From contig JAWQFM010000028.1 in NCBI GenBank assembly GCA_033442325.1, forward strand, positions 528,088 to 584,829: a DNA stretch of 56,742 bases, in the 5' to 3' direction. This DNA comes from Salpingoeca rosetta. Taxonomy: Eukaryota; Protista; Choanoflagellata. Of the stretch, positions 20,501 through 33,749 are shown piece by piece. The position numbers and the translations under genes were made by a program. Position 1 is the stretch's first letter. The number at the start of each line of letters is the position of its first letter. Under the pieces are notes generated by a model. The model was not told the origin of the DNA and searched no databases. It worked only from the letters and a program-made list of their open reading frames with translations.

Positions 20501-20830
20501 GTGCCAAAGCAGGTGTCTGTCGGCCACATTTCCCGCCTCTCCATCGTGAACACAATGCCCAATTCATCCCACCCATGGCATCAAATCCCATCAATCTCAC
20601 TCATTCCACCACTTCCTCCCCTTCTCCCCCCGTCCTCTTAACTGCAGGCATTGGCTCGGACGGGAGCGACGACGTCGCACCACCTGCTGCTCGCCTTCTG
20701 CCGGCTGTGCCCGTACATGGACGGTACACACACGGTGGAGGAGGTGATGCGTCTGGAGGGCATGTCGCACACACTCATGTACCAGGTCCTCAGCGGATTC
20801 AGGGAATTTATCACCCAGGTCGACTACTGA
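12010..20830 (+). CDS. NPRL3: GATOR1 complex subunit NPRL3 (Npr3); multi-exon, interrupted by three assembly gaps
   Basis: Exons 12010-12163 ([25 protein letters not shown], longin beta1/beta2-like), 12405-12519, 12630-12700 (ALAYMLSP), ~14040-14173 ([17 protein letters not shown]), ~14386-14508 (VSRHHTLVF), 15134-15170 (VVAQHLV), ~15400-15931 ([32 protein letters not shown]), 16738-20245 and 20648-20830 ([40 protein letters not shown]). These match the remembered NPRL3 motifs YPL..N.Y, QFSHQFP..DLPSVL and FARLLHYFRGRHHLEEIM in the correct order. Confidence 0.8.
12921..13848. other. Assembly gap (N run) inside NPRL3
   Basis: N bases; probably hides longin-domain exons. Confidence 1.
14802..15043. 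other. Assembly gap (N run) inside NPRL3
   Basis: N bases. Confidence 1.
16005..16251. repeat. (CTT)n microsatellite, intronic in NPRL3, running into a gap
   Basis: About 80 units; source of the spurious poly-E/K/F ORFs. Confidence 0.95.
16252..16351. other. Assembly gap (100 N, probably unknown size) inside NPRL3
   Basis: N bases. Confidence 1.
16352..16580 (+). repeat. Degenerate direct copy of 11942-12170 (NPRL3 5' UTR plus exon 1), next to an assembly gap
   Basis: tcccgacttgcaccagaaa vs tcccaacttgaaccagaaa; cacccacacaccatc; atggaggacttggaaagggtt vs atgggcgacttggaagggtt; ggagaaggagcctcg identical; tttcgcagg. The copy has a frameshift and stops. Confidence 0.75.
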
Positions 20831-20853
20831 CGTGGCTGCCTGGGCGTGTACGT

Positions 20854-21010
20854 GTTTGTTTGTTTGTTTGTTTGTTTGTTTGTTTGTTTGTTTGTTTGTT
20901 TGTTTGTTTGTTTGTTTGTTTGTTTGTTTGTTTGTTTGTTTGTTTGTTTGTCTGTTTGTTTGTCTGTTTGTTTGTTTGTTTGTTTGTTCGTTCGTTCGTT
21001 CGTTCGTTTG
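20854..21010. repeat. (GTTT)n/(GTTC)n tetranucleotide repeat just 3' of the NPRL3 stop
   Basis: Direct observation. Confidence 0.95.
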
Positions 21011-21097
21011 TGTGTCTGTGTGTGTTTGTGTGTCTGTGTCTGTGTGTGCGTCTGTGTCTGTGTGTGCGTCTGTGTCTGTGTGCGTGTGTGTATGTGC

Positions 21098-21144
<47 letters not shown>

Positions 21145-21481
21145 TGAACTGCCGTCCTCTCCGCTCTTCCCCCCCCCCAACACTGCCTCTCCCGTCTCGC
21201 ATTCATTCATGGCTGCCCAACCACTTGTATTTCAATCTATCGCTGTGACGTGGTGAATACAAGCAAAGCTATTGTGACAAAAGATGTGACGCAACGTGTG
21301 CGCATGTGTGCAATATGAACAAAGGAAAGAATGACATCACAAGACAATCAAATGCGATTTCCGTGACAGGAAGCGAGTGGTTGCCGTCTCATTGCATCCA
21401 GGGTCTGCAACCATCCTCGGCAACTTACGTGATGGTCAGCACAGTCAACACACGAACCGCGTGGTGGAAAAGCACAAGAGC

Positions 21482-24400
21482 TCATCGGTGAAAGGAGGCT
21501 GAAGCTGAAGCCATCGAACGTGCTGTTGTTGTTGTTGTTCTCGCAGAGTGGCGATGTGTGGAGGTCACGTGCGAGGGCATATGCGACGACGACGCCGAGT
21601 TGCGCTCACTGGAAAGTGTGGCGAGGTGTTCCAGCGCAGACGGCGAATAGTACGCAGACACTGCGAACGAGTACGACCGCTCTGTTGTAGTGTATGTGTG
21701 AATATGGGTGTGCGTGTGTGTGTGTGTGTGCGTGCATGTGTGGGTATGTGTGTGTGCGTGCATGTGTGTTACAGTGTTGCGCAAGTCGCCATTAGCATCT
21801 CACGCTTCAGCACACAATCGCTAGTTCCAAAACACCAAATACGTTGTCAGCAGATCAAACACGCAACTGTGTGTGTGTGTGTTGCAAATAGAATTACGCC
21901 AACAGAACCAAGCATACCTGCTGATGACGGCAGGTGGAACATGTATGCTGGTCGAATGGGTGCAGCCGCCGGTTTGGGTTTGAAACTTGAAACACGCGGC
22001 ACGCGTGTGCCGTACGTCTTGTTCAAGCGCAGGCCCTGATATGTACTCATCATCCTGATGATATGGCGGCAGTGGCAGTGACAGTGGTGATGAGCACGTG
22101 TGAAGGTGGGGGTGGCTCATGGTGGTCGTAGATAAGTGGTTGATTGTCATGTCATCTTGATGGCGTGTGGATGAATTGGTGTCGGTGTTCATGTGCGTGT
22201 GTGCGTGTGTGGAATCATGCGTGTGCGTATGCGTGCGGTCATATGCACAAGTGTACGTGGCAACTAACTGTGGTGTCCAGGGCCGCAAGCGCACACGCTC
22301 CTCTCGCTCGCGCCGCTTCTGTTCCGCAAGCTTCTTCCTCAGGTACTACAGCGGGCCCACCCATTGGCGTTATGAGGCAGCGGGTGCAATGGTGAGATTT
22401 CGAATTTGCAGCGAAGACACAATCACGAACACCACACCTGTACACACGAACGTGAGGCACAAGCACACGCACAGGCATGCGCACAAGCACACGTACAAGC
22501 ACACACACAAGCACACGTACACATGTGTGCACAGAACGATGCAACCACAACCAACACAACACATACAACGCAATGCACACAAACAACAACACACCACAGA
22601 CACCACAATGCAATGCGAAACAAAATCACAACACAACGCAATGCACTGCACCCGTTGCACAGCCGACGGCCGCTTACCCGGCGCCACCAGAGCTGGATGG
22701 TGAGAGCAGCAACCTCACGCATGGTCTGTGTCGGGGGTTGCTGCTGTGGCCTCCGCCGTAGTGTTGTCTTCATTCGTTCATCGCCTCCAGCATTCTCGCC
22801 GCTGCCACTGCTGCTGCCACGACGGATTGTGCTCAATGATGATGGTGGCGGTAGTGGTTTGCGCGTTGCCGTTGGTTGCGCTTCGAGCCATGCAGACATT
22901 TTCCGCTCAAGATCACGTCGCTTCAAGTATCTGATGCATAATGGTGGTGGTGGTGGTGGTGGTGGTGGTGGTGTATGGTGAGTGTTGCGGGTGACCTTGG
23001 TGAGTGTTGATGTACAATGTGCGCGCACATACGTTGTCATAATCAGGCACGACGATGTGTATGATGTGCAATGTGTGCGCGCACATACGTTGTCATAATC
23101 AGGCACGACGACGTGTGCTGTGCGATACGAGTAAACCAACACTTCAAACGCGCCAACACCCCAACCACTGCAATGTTCAAACACTCAAAAAGTGCGCTGC
23201 ACCTCTTGAATGAGCGCTGAATGGTGATGGCGGCGTCCGTTGTTCGTCTGATCCGCTGTGCTCTCGTCGCGTCTGCACGACATCGTCCAGCGACGCTGTT
23301 GAAACGATGCACAAACTGCTCCTTCAGCGACACACGAGACACCGCTGTGTCTGCGCTCTCGCTTGCGCTGTGGTTGTGGCAGTGGCAATGATGGAAGGAC
23401 AATGGTGAGAGGTTGGTGTGATGTGGTGTTGTCATTTGCAGTCGTGTTGATGATGGTGGTGATGACAACGGCGCTGATGCGAGGCACGCGGGGACACGAA
23501 ACGACAAAACGCAAACGCAGCGCCAAGTACATACGTCTGCAAGCAACGCTGCTGGAAGCAACCAATCACACTCACAGCAAGCATCACCGCTCCAACCCCT
23601 CTTCATGCTCACTCCATTTCAGACATATCCACAGGTCAACTCACGCCTCCAGTTGTGCGCGCATCTTGCGTCTGTCCTGCTCCTCCAAATGCCGACGCGC
23701 CGAAGCCGACATGGGGCGCGATGGCAGAAGACTGCTGCTGCTGTCACTGTTGATGTTGCCGTTGCTGTCACTGTTGCCGTCACTGTTGTTGCTGTTGTTG
23801 CTGCTATTGCTGCTGTTGCTGTTGTCTTTCTCATCAAGGTTCCCGTTGTCGCTGTGGTTTGGGCTGGTAGTGGTTGCAGTCTCACCATCTTCATCGCTGT
23901 TGTTCACCTCAGCGGAAGAGGAGTCGTTGTTGCTTTGATTTTGCTGCGTCGGGTCATTATCGCCTCCATCGCTCCCTGCGCTCTTATGACCCTTCTGCTG
24001 TCTCCCATCGCCACCACCATCGCCATGGCCATCACTGTTGGTATTCTGCTGTCCGCCATTGCTCACGTTCCCTTCGTCATCACCATTTTGTTCGCCAGCA
24101 ACGTCTCTGGTCTCCTTTGCATATGCATCCACATCTGTCGCATCAACCTTCCCTTCTTTCTTCTCTCCCTCCTTCCCCTCTGCCTCCTCCACCTCCACCG
24201 CTTTCTTCTTTCCCTCCTCTCCTTCCCCCCGTTCCACCGTCTTCTCGTCCACATCCGTGTCCTCTTCTTTCTTCTCCCCGCTGTTCGCCCCTCTGTCTTT
24301 GCGTGCCAGCACGCGTGCCTGTGCGCGCCGCCACCACTGCTGTATCATCCTCGCTGCCCAGGGCTTGAGTTCGCCAATGGTCTGCCCGCCGTACAGACGA

Positions 24401-25783
24401 AGGTAGTCCACCAGCGCCTCCCGAACACCGCTGTCCTCAACAGCAAGCACGTAGTCGAGTGGGGTGCGGTTGTATCCAAGCTCCATCGCGTTCACCTTCG
24501 CACCCCGCTCAACCAGCAGCTACGTCGAAATGGGCAGGGGGAAGTGTCAAGTTGTATGCATGAGTAAGACATGCCTGAAATGCGTGACGCGTACACACAC
24601 ACACACAAAAGAAAACACACACGCACACACACACACAAGCACTCACACACGCACACACGCACACGCACACACACACACAAGCACTCACAGATGTACACGC
24701 GTGCACATACAAGCACGAGCAGCTTCATCAAACCACCATACAAATGTATGCACGCGTGCATATATACACACACACTCTCTCTCCACTCCACCCCACCCAT
24801 CCCCTCCCTTCCCCAAACGCGTGTGAAGGAGTGGGTCAGTTCTCGCCCACCTCAATGACGGGTCCGTGTCCTGCAGAGCATGCCCAGTGCAAGGCCGTCA
24901 CGCCCTCCGTGTCGTGCGCGTGAATATCGGCGCCGCTGTCCAGAAGAGCGCGAATTACATCCACGTGTCCGTGGAACGCCGCATACTGCAGCGGGGTGCG
25001 CCTGACGTGGGCGGACACGTGTGTGTATGTGTGTGTGTGTGAGTTTGGTGTGTGTGCGTGTGTGTGTTTGTGTGGGGGGGGGTGGTGTGTGTGAGTTTGG
25101 TGTGTGTGTGTGTGTGTGTGAGTTTGGTGTGTGTGTGTCTATATGTATGTGCATGAGGGTTGTTGAGACGTGTTGTGTGTGTGTGTGTGTATGTGTGTGT
25201 TCGTGTTGATATTTCGAAGATGTCGGTGACCAGCGCCACCAGCAAAGCAAACACGTGTGCGCACACATGCACACACATGTGCCCACACATGCACTCTGCA
25301 TCTCACCCAAACTTGTCGTGGACGTTAAAGTCCGCGTGGTGTGAGTGCAACAGTGTTGTGATGGCAACAGAGCCCGTGATAGCCGCCCTGCACACACGTG
25401 TGTGTATGTGCGTGAGTGTACGTGCGTGTGTGTGTACGTGTGTGTATGTATGTTCACACACGCGCGACCAAGCGCACATGGTCGTTTGAATGGAGGGTGA
25501 CCTCGTTCGAGAGGCGTGATGCAGCCATACACTAGTCGTCAACAGAGGCGCGTGCAATGCTCATTTACTTGATGCTTACCAGTGCACAAGCGTGCGGCCT
25601 TCAACATCGCCCGTCGTGACAGTTGCTCCAGCTGCACTCAAGCACACGCAAGCAAACACGCACACACGTGAGTGTTCACAAGCACGCGGATAAATGAGAA
25701 TACCTGAGACCAGGGGCGACATGCAATACTCCAACTCACACCCGCACACAAGAATCCAGTCAGCTCGCAACATGCGCATTGCC

Positions 25784-25815
<32 letters not shown>

Positions 25816-28800
25816 CCACTACTACAATGCTCGGCAACCTCGCAGATGATCACACCTTTCAACAGCACTTCGCAGGCCTCCGTTTGTGTGTTTGTACACG
25901 CATATAGCAGTGGTGTGTTTCCCTCTGTGTCGCGAACGTCGACACGTGCACCAGCCTAACCAACGACACACACACACATGTGTAGGCACAGACAAGCATA
26001 GAGACTCTTGTGTGAGTCTGTCGCGACCTGCTGACATGACACAAGATTATCGCCAACACCACCACTCATCACCGCATCCACCTCCACCACCACCACCACC
26101 ACCACCAAACACAAGCACACCTTGATGAGGCGGGAGCACATGTCTGTGTGTCCCTCGTGTGCGGCCATGTGCAGTGCGGTGTGGCCGTCGTGGTTCTGGA
26201 TGTCAACCAGTCCTCCGTTTGACAGCAGCACTTCTGCAGCGGCCGTGTGGCCTGGATCACGAGCACAGCAGTCAACACCACGAGCACACCAGCCATGGCA
26301 AGAAGGCATGGGTGATGAGTTGCATGAGTTTGCGCACAACGGCACGACATGACATGTGCGCGCGTGGGCAGAGGAATACGTGCATAATGATACAAATGCG
26401 ACACACGGATGGGAACATGCCGTACGCCCTCCTTTGTTACTTACACACACGCACACACACAGAGGGTGCTCGTGTACCTTGTGCAGCTGCGAGAAAGAGA
26501 GGGGTGCGGCCTTCCCCGTCAATGGCATTGATATCCACTCCCAGCTGCACCAACACCTCCAGGCAGCCCACGTCCCCTTGCACCTGTCACGAAAGAGCAG
26601 TGGCATGGAGTGGCAGGTGTTGTGCTGTAGTGAGGAGGACGTTGTATCTTTGTATCGACAGTCAGCATTGCTACTCGCATGAGTAGCGTGGATGACAGCG
26701 TAAACCGCACATTGCCATCCGCCTTGTCATGGTGCTCTCATCATCTCAGTTCAACACACCACCACAGCTACAACCACCACAACCACGACCACCACAACTA
26801 CGACTACAACCGCAACTACGACCACCGCAATTACGACCACCATCACCAATTGGTGCTCACCGCCATGTGCACGGGCTGCATGCCATGGATATCGCCCTCG
26901 CTCGCGTTGCCGCCATATTGCAGCAGCTGCTGCAGCACGCTGCTGTTGCCTGTGGGTCGCCGTGACACGATATGCGATGTTAAATCCACGCGGCGAGACA
27001 CACACACATACGCACATTCACACACACACACACATACGCACATTCACACACACGCACATTCACACACGCACATGCAGACCCCCCAAGGTCGACTTCTTTC
27101 CAGCATCCCTCCATGCTCCACCCTTTGAAAGTTCACTGCACGTGTGTCAGTGTACCTGCAAGCGTGGCCCAATGAACGCATGTACGGCGATCTGTGTCCG
27201 CCAGAGAGAAGTTACAGCGCCGCGACGACAACTGTGATGCGCACACGATGTTGTGAACGTGATAGCAGCAGTGACGGTGACGATTGTCCGCATGTGAGTG
27301 AGAGTGAAAAAGAGGGAGAGTTCATGGCATCTACCATGTCAACAATGGGTGTGAGCATGCAACGATTTCCAGACACGTACACACACAAATACAGCAACAT
27401 GTGCACCCAAACGCAACAGCAACATGTGCACCCAAACGCAACAACAACATATGCACAGTTGCAATCCCTCTGCGCTGTCGCAGCGCGCGCACCTGCGCCG
27501 CAATCACGGGCACGTTGTTCTCTTGGATCGCAAGCATGAGCGCTGCGTGCGTGTGCATATGAGAAGATGTGAGTGTATGAGTGCATGAGAGGATGGGGAA
27601 GTGTGTGTGTGTGTTTTTGTGTGTTTGTGGTTGTGTGTTTGTGTGTGTGTCAATGGCGGTAGCGAGTGCGGTGCGTGCAATTACTCGTGCCACGTTTCCA
27701 TGCACACATCATATCCCAACCTGTGGATCCAGTCTCATCCTGAACGTTGATCGTGTTTGGCTCAAACACCTTCATCGCGAATCACGAACCAGCAATGTCA
27801 GGATTGAGAGTGAGCAGCAAGCGGCATCTCTTCGTCGCAGCGCGAACGACATATGAAGGGGGATAAAATGGGCACACGAGCGAACACGCACTCGCACATA
27901 GCCCACAGCACGCGCACATATGGCCCAGAGCACACGCACACACACGTACGCACACACGCACACGCATGTACGCACGCACCACACCGCAGCACACACTGAA
28001 CATAGTGCCAACCATAATCTGCTTGCAGCATTTGTCCGACTCGTTCATGGCTGTCCAGTGGAGAACAGTTCGGCCCTGATGGTCGCACGTCATCAAGTCT
28101 GCACCCTGCGTTTGCGTCGCGGCATCATGGTATGTGGTGAGAGGTACACACCCACGCACGCACGCAGGCAACGAAAAGATGGCTGTTGTCATCGCAACTC
28201 CTCATGATAAGCACACACAGTGGCACACGCACACACGCACACACGCACACACGCACACACGCACACACACACGCACATACACATACACATACACATACAC
28301 GAACAACACGATGACAACTGACGTTTTCGATGAGGGCGGCAAGGTGCTTATAACGGCCCTGCGATGTGCACCAGTGGGCCGGCGTCAGGCCGTTTGTGTC
28401 TGGCAGGTCGATGTTGTCGCGTGACACGGGGATGATGGCTTTGATCACCTTTGACGACTCAGCCTGTGCCGCCAGATGCAGCGGGATGCAGCCAAGCACG
28501 TCTTGCACCGTCGCCATCTCAGGCGCCTCCTTCGCCAGTACCTGCACAATCTTGTGGAAGCCCTGTGCGCACGCCCAGTGCAGCGCTGCCCGCCCTTCGC
28601 TATCGACAGCTCGCACCTGAAAGGTGGGGAGCAGGGAAAGCAACCATGAACAAGAAAGATTGGCACAGAGAGAGGGGGAAGCGGACTGCGCATGTACGCG
28701 CGGGATGCAAACGGAGCAGCTGGGCACGATGGAGAGAGGAAGAGGGCAATACACGCATACGCACGCACACGCAACGCACCACGCATACACCCACGCACAT

Positions 28801-29395
28801 ACATCTGAGCCTTGGGCGATGAGGAATTTGACGGCGTTCAAGTGCCCTTGTTGTGTGGCGATGATCTGCAACACGTGAAGTATTTGTGGAGGAAATGTGG
28901 GTGAGAATAGATCGACTCAGCGCACGCCTGTTCCCTCCTCACCTGATGGCGCACACTCAGTACCCACAGCATTTGCATGACACTGCGAAGAATACACACC
29001 AGTGGCGTCTGGCCCGCTTCGTCTTCTTCGTCAATGCCGAGCCGTCCTGCACACAACGCACAACGCACAACGCACAACGCACAACGCACAACGCACAACG
29101 CACAACGCACAACACAACGCACAACGCACAACGCACAACGTACGGTGTGTGCTGGTGAGAAGACGCACGTTGGCACTTAACAAAAATGTGCCACGCTTGA
29201 TGCTCACGCTTGCCTCTCCCTCCGAACCATGAACACAAACAAGCACGCACACCACCACTTCATGCGCGACGCAAGCGCTCTCTTGTCACATGCATCAAAA
29301 CAGACGCACTGACCATAGTGGGCGAGGAAGTCGCTCAGCTGCAGCACGTCACCCTGCGCTGCGAGGTCATGCAGCGACTGCTCTGCAGTGGCCAT
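21482..29395 (-). CDS. INVS: Inversin (NPHP2) homolog: long ankyrin-repeat array followed by IQ motifs; many exons
   Basis: ATG at 29395 (MATAEQSLHDLAAQGDV). Ankyrin exons include DSEGRAALHWACAQG, DTNGLTPAHWC, DHQGRTVLHWTA, NHDGHTALHMAAHEG and RTPLQYAAFHGH..DTEGVTALHWACSAGH. The junction VNAMELGYNRTPLDY..YLRLYGGQTIGELKPWAARMIQQWWRR parallels inversin (NQME..YTPLDY..GALSIAAIQDIAAFKIQ). Two further IQ motifs follow. Stop at 21482. Confidence 0.8.
23009..23118. repeat. ~55-bp imperfect tandem duplication in an INVS intron
   Basis: caatgtg(tg)cgcgcacatacgttgtcataatcaggcacgacga occurs twice. Confidence 0.9.
29052..29140. repeat. (CACAACG)n heptamer repeat abutting the INVS exon 2 acceptor
   Basis: About 12 copies seen directly. 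Confidence 0.92.
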
Positions 29396-29496
29396 GGCAC
29401 GGCACGCGTGATGAATGGGGCTATGGAGGAGGTATGGTACAGAGGGTGGTGCTTGCTTGTCTATTTGCTTGGCTGGCTGTTTCCTCAGCTGCCTGC

Positions 29497-29537
<41 letters not shown>

Positions 29538-29801
29538 TGTTTGACAAGTTCTGTTGTTGTGTTTTGCCCCCTTCTTCTCCTCCTCGCTGCTGCTTGCAGG
29601 TTGGTAGGGGCAGGGGTGGCTGTCGAAACTTGACCAAATTTTCCACTGATTCCGGGCACAACCACAACACCGCGTCTATTTGTGGTGTCGCCGGAATTTT
29701 TTTGGCGCAACGCAAGTGCTTGTTGTGGATGGTTGCTGCTTGATCAAAGCGCCCATACACAAATACACACGAGACGACAGCAGCGGTGAGGGGAGAGAGA
29801 A

Positions 29802-29913
<112 letters not shown>

Positions 29914-30082
29914 CGTGTCTCAGTTTCGCTGCCTTGTTGTGTTGTCACGGTTACCATTATCGGTTGGTTGTGATGTTTGTTTATGTGTGGTGTTTGAGAA
30001 AATCACATACACACCCCTCTGACGGCTCACGTCTCATACACATGTGCTCATTGGCTGTGCTCTTGCAGGTCTTGTTCTTGCT

Positions 30083-30684
30083 ATGGGCGACCAACAACGG
30101 TTTCGCCACATTGGCGATACCACAAAAGCCAAGCCAGTCTTTGGCGAAACAGACTCGATACGCATGGTACGTTTGTGTGATTGTGTGTGATTGTGTGTGA
30201 TTGCGAGTGATTGGGTGATTGGGTGTGTGTGCGCGCGTATGCATGCATGTGTGTGAGTGATTGTGTGTGTGTGTGTGCGCGCGAGGGCTTGCGTGCACTC
30301 TTTGTTTGTGTGTGTGTGAGGACGCGTGCTCTCTCTCTGTGCACGCGCTTTTCCATTCTTGTTTGTGCATCAAGGTTTGACACGCGTGAAACATAACGTG
30401 TTTGGCAGCCGAGACGCTTGTGTGTACAATACCCCATGTATCTAACTTTCATGGAACGCGTGTGTATGTCAACAGACACACACCTACAAGCTTCGTGTTG
30501 GCCCAAATTACTCCAAACGGAAACAAAAGGAGGCGTGCACAGACGCCCTCTATGATCTCGTCGCATGCGACCTCTTCTCCTCAGCAAAGAAGGTGCGGCG
30601 CGCATGTGTGCGCGCGTGCGTGTACGTGTATGCGTGTGTCTGTGTGTACGTGTGTGTATGCACTTCTCTCTCTCTCTCTTTTTG

Positions 30685-30716
<32 letters not shown>

Positions 30717-31748
30717 TTCTCTCCCTGTCTCTGTCCCTCCATGAATGCGAATGCTGGGCCATTGTATGTGTTGTCCATGCAATTAATCCCTTGTTCTTGC
30801 TCACCAGCTGTCCCCCTTGCACACCCCCCACGTGCAACAGATTACCAACATCTGCAAGCACGTGCAGCTGCCCACGCTTCCTCCCGGCATGGGCAAAGTC
30901 AACGACGTCCCTCCGTTCTTCGTCGTCAACCTCCTCCTCCCCATGTACGCGCGCGCGTGTGTGTGCGTGTGCGTGTGCGTGTGCGTGTGTGCGTGCGTGC
31001 GTGCGTGTGTTTGCTTTTGCGACATGTCTTTCAGGCACCAACACGGGACTGACACACTGTTTTCTCTGCACGCTTGTGTGTGTTCATACTTCTGTCTCGC
31101 GCGCGTGTGTGTGTGTGTGTTCATACTTCTGTCTCGTGTGTGTGTGTGTCAGGTACCGACCGCCAGTGCTCCGTAGAGGTCCAGAAGACGGAGAAACAGT
31201 CCAGTATGTTGCACTCACATGCGGCTCAGCTTTGACACCATGTTCCGCATTACTGGCACATCCAGCCACTTGCCATACTTGTGCTGTTATCACCAGCGGT
31301 TTCCTGCATTGTGGTATCTGTCCATCTCCTCACCTCACATCATTCCAACACACACACACACTCACACACATACACACACACATACACACACACACACCAT
31401 ACCAACACCACTGCTTCTCCCCGCCAGCCTCGTGCTGTACTTTCTTCTCAAGCCGGCGTCGCAGATTATGCTTCACGAGGACAACATCGACCTGGAGGCG
31501 CCGGGCGTTCGTCTTCTCCGTAACTTCATCTTGAACGACGACATGAAGGACAGATTCAAGGTGCGCTTGGTGTTGGCTTTGTGCCCGTTGTGTGTGCATG
31601 TGTGTGTGTGTGTGTGCACGCGCGCGGGTGTTTATGCCTTTGTGTTTGTTTTTCTGCCTTTGTGTTTGTTTTGATTCCGGTTTTTTTTGGTTGTGCATGT
31701 GCCATTGTTCGCTCGGCTCTCGACAAAGTCACCTCCGCGCGTTCCCTC

Positions 31749-31815
<67 letters not shown>

Positions 31816-33716
31816 CACACGCACACACACACACACACACACCTTCTCACGTCCCTCCTTCTCCTTTTCCGTTCCGATTGTGCACACAGATGATTGCTGG
31901 GTTGATGAATCCTGGAGAGAGCCTGTCCATGACCACGGCAAGTTTGGTGCGGTCATACAACTTCAAGCCGCTGTTGACACGCCCCCAGCACGAATGGTCC
32001 ACAGACGGTGAAACATACATTGAGTGCGCCATTGATGTGCATCGTTTCAACTTTCTCACACGCACCACCTGGCACAGCGTTCGGTGAGTACACACATGCG
32101 CCACCATCGTTGATGGTCGTTGTGGGTGGTGGTATGATTGGTTGATTTCGTTGTGATTTGATTGTGTGCGTGCGCACGTGGGTGCGTGCACGCGTCGCTG
32201 TTGGTGTTGGTGTGTGTACATAACCACTGGGTAGGCAGATGATGCTTCTTCGTTGTCCTCACGTGTGCTTGTGCGTACGTGTGTGTGTGTTTGCAGAGGA
32301 TCGACGTCCAAGCTCAATATTGAGGCGGCGTTTACCATCGAGGTGAGGACAGCGGAGTTATTCGGGCCAGGGTGTGCAACCACACTGGCTTCCCACTCAC
32401 AACACACCATGATGAACACACCATCTCATTCAACTGCACACACACACACCCACCCACCCTCGGTCTCACACACACACCCTCGCTCCTCGCACCCTCCAAC
32501 TCACACCTACGCCCTCGCGCGCGCGCGCACACACACACACACACACCCTCCCATTGGGCTGCAGGGCCGCGGCGATGATGAGCTGCCAGAGTGGTTGCTG
32601 GGACACAACATCTTCCACCACCTCGATGTTGCTGACGCCGTTCGCATCGACCAAGACACCGAACCCATCATCTCGCAGACGGAGATCAGTGACGCCGACG
32701 CGTATGCCATCAGCGACGTGGCGCCACACCTGTACCCTCCAACAGGGGAGGTGCTGTTTGGCGGCGTGCCCTGCCCAGAGGTGTTGGTTGGACGCACCCC
32801 GCACGAGTCTGTCCTCACTCTTGCGCAGCGCGACGATGCAAAGGAAATTCCTGTCGTCAGCAACGACTCCTTGTCGGACGATGAGCACGTCGGTGTCGGC
32901 GTGCGTACGGTGCAGTCTGTGGAGGAGGTGTTCAGTTCCCCGTCACCACTGGCAGGGCGCAACGCCCATCACGACACACGACAACAGCAACAACAACAAC
33001 AACAGCAGCAACAGCAGACATCTACTGCTCCATCGTCGCTGTCGTCGTCGTCATCACATCTCGCAACAACAGCAGCAACCACAGCAGTGTCGAGCCGCAG
33101 CGCAAGCACCAAAAGCAAGCGCAGTGGCGATGCTGCTGGTGGCGGCGGTGATGGCCGAATGGAAGGTGATGACCGTGTTGTGTTGTCACCGTCGTCGTCG
33201 TCGTTGTCGTCGCAGCACCCGGGTGCCAAGTTTGTGACAGACGTCGACATCAGCACGAGGAAGGCGCGTCAGGCGCGTCGCCTCTCGCGCCGCAAGTCCT
33301 CCAGTGGAACACCGGACCGAGCATCCTCCTCATCCGTCCCCGCACACACGCATACGCTCGCGCACACGCCGGGCAGGCAGGGGTCAGGCCACAGCTTACA
33401 CAGCGTACACAGCAGGAAGACGAGTGGCGCGAGCGTGGGCAGCGAACACAGTGGCGGTTCCATGCACGCGCACACGCACGCGCACACGTCCCGCTCACAC
33501 ACGCAATCGCCATCACGCACTCACGCGCACGCGCACGCGCGCACACACGCACGCGCACACAGCGGCGGTGTGGGCGATGCTGGCAAGAAGAAGAAGAAGA
33601 AGAAAAAGAAGAACCCGAAGAAGGGCCGTGGAAGCCGCACCCACCACGATGATCACGATCACGGTGAGAATGATGGTGCCGATGGTGGTGGCGCCAATCG
33701 CAACCTTCAGCAGCAC

Positions 33717-33749
<33 letters not shown>

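Noticed and set aside
29052-29140. Regular short repeats as a CRISPR array (also 51190-51246)
   Set aside because: No unique spacers and no cas genes; simple eukaryotic minisatellites.
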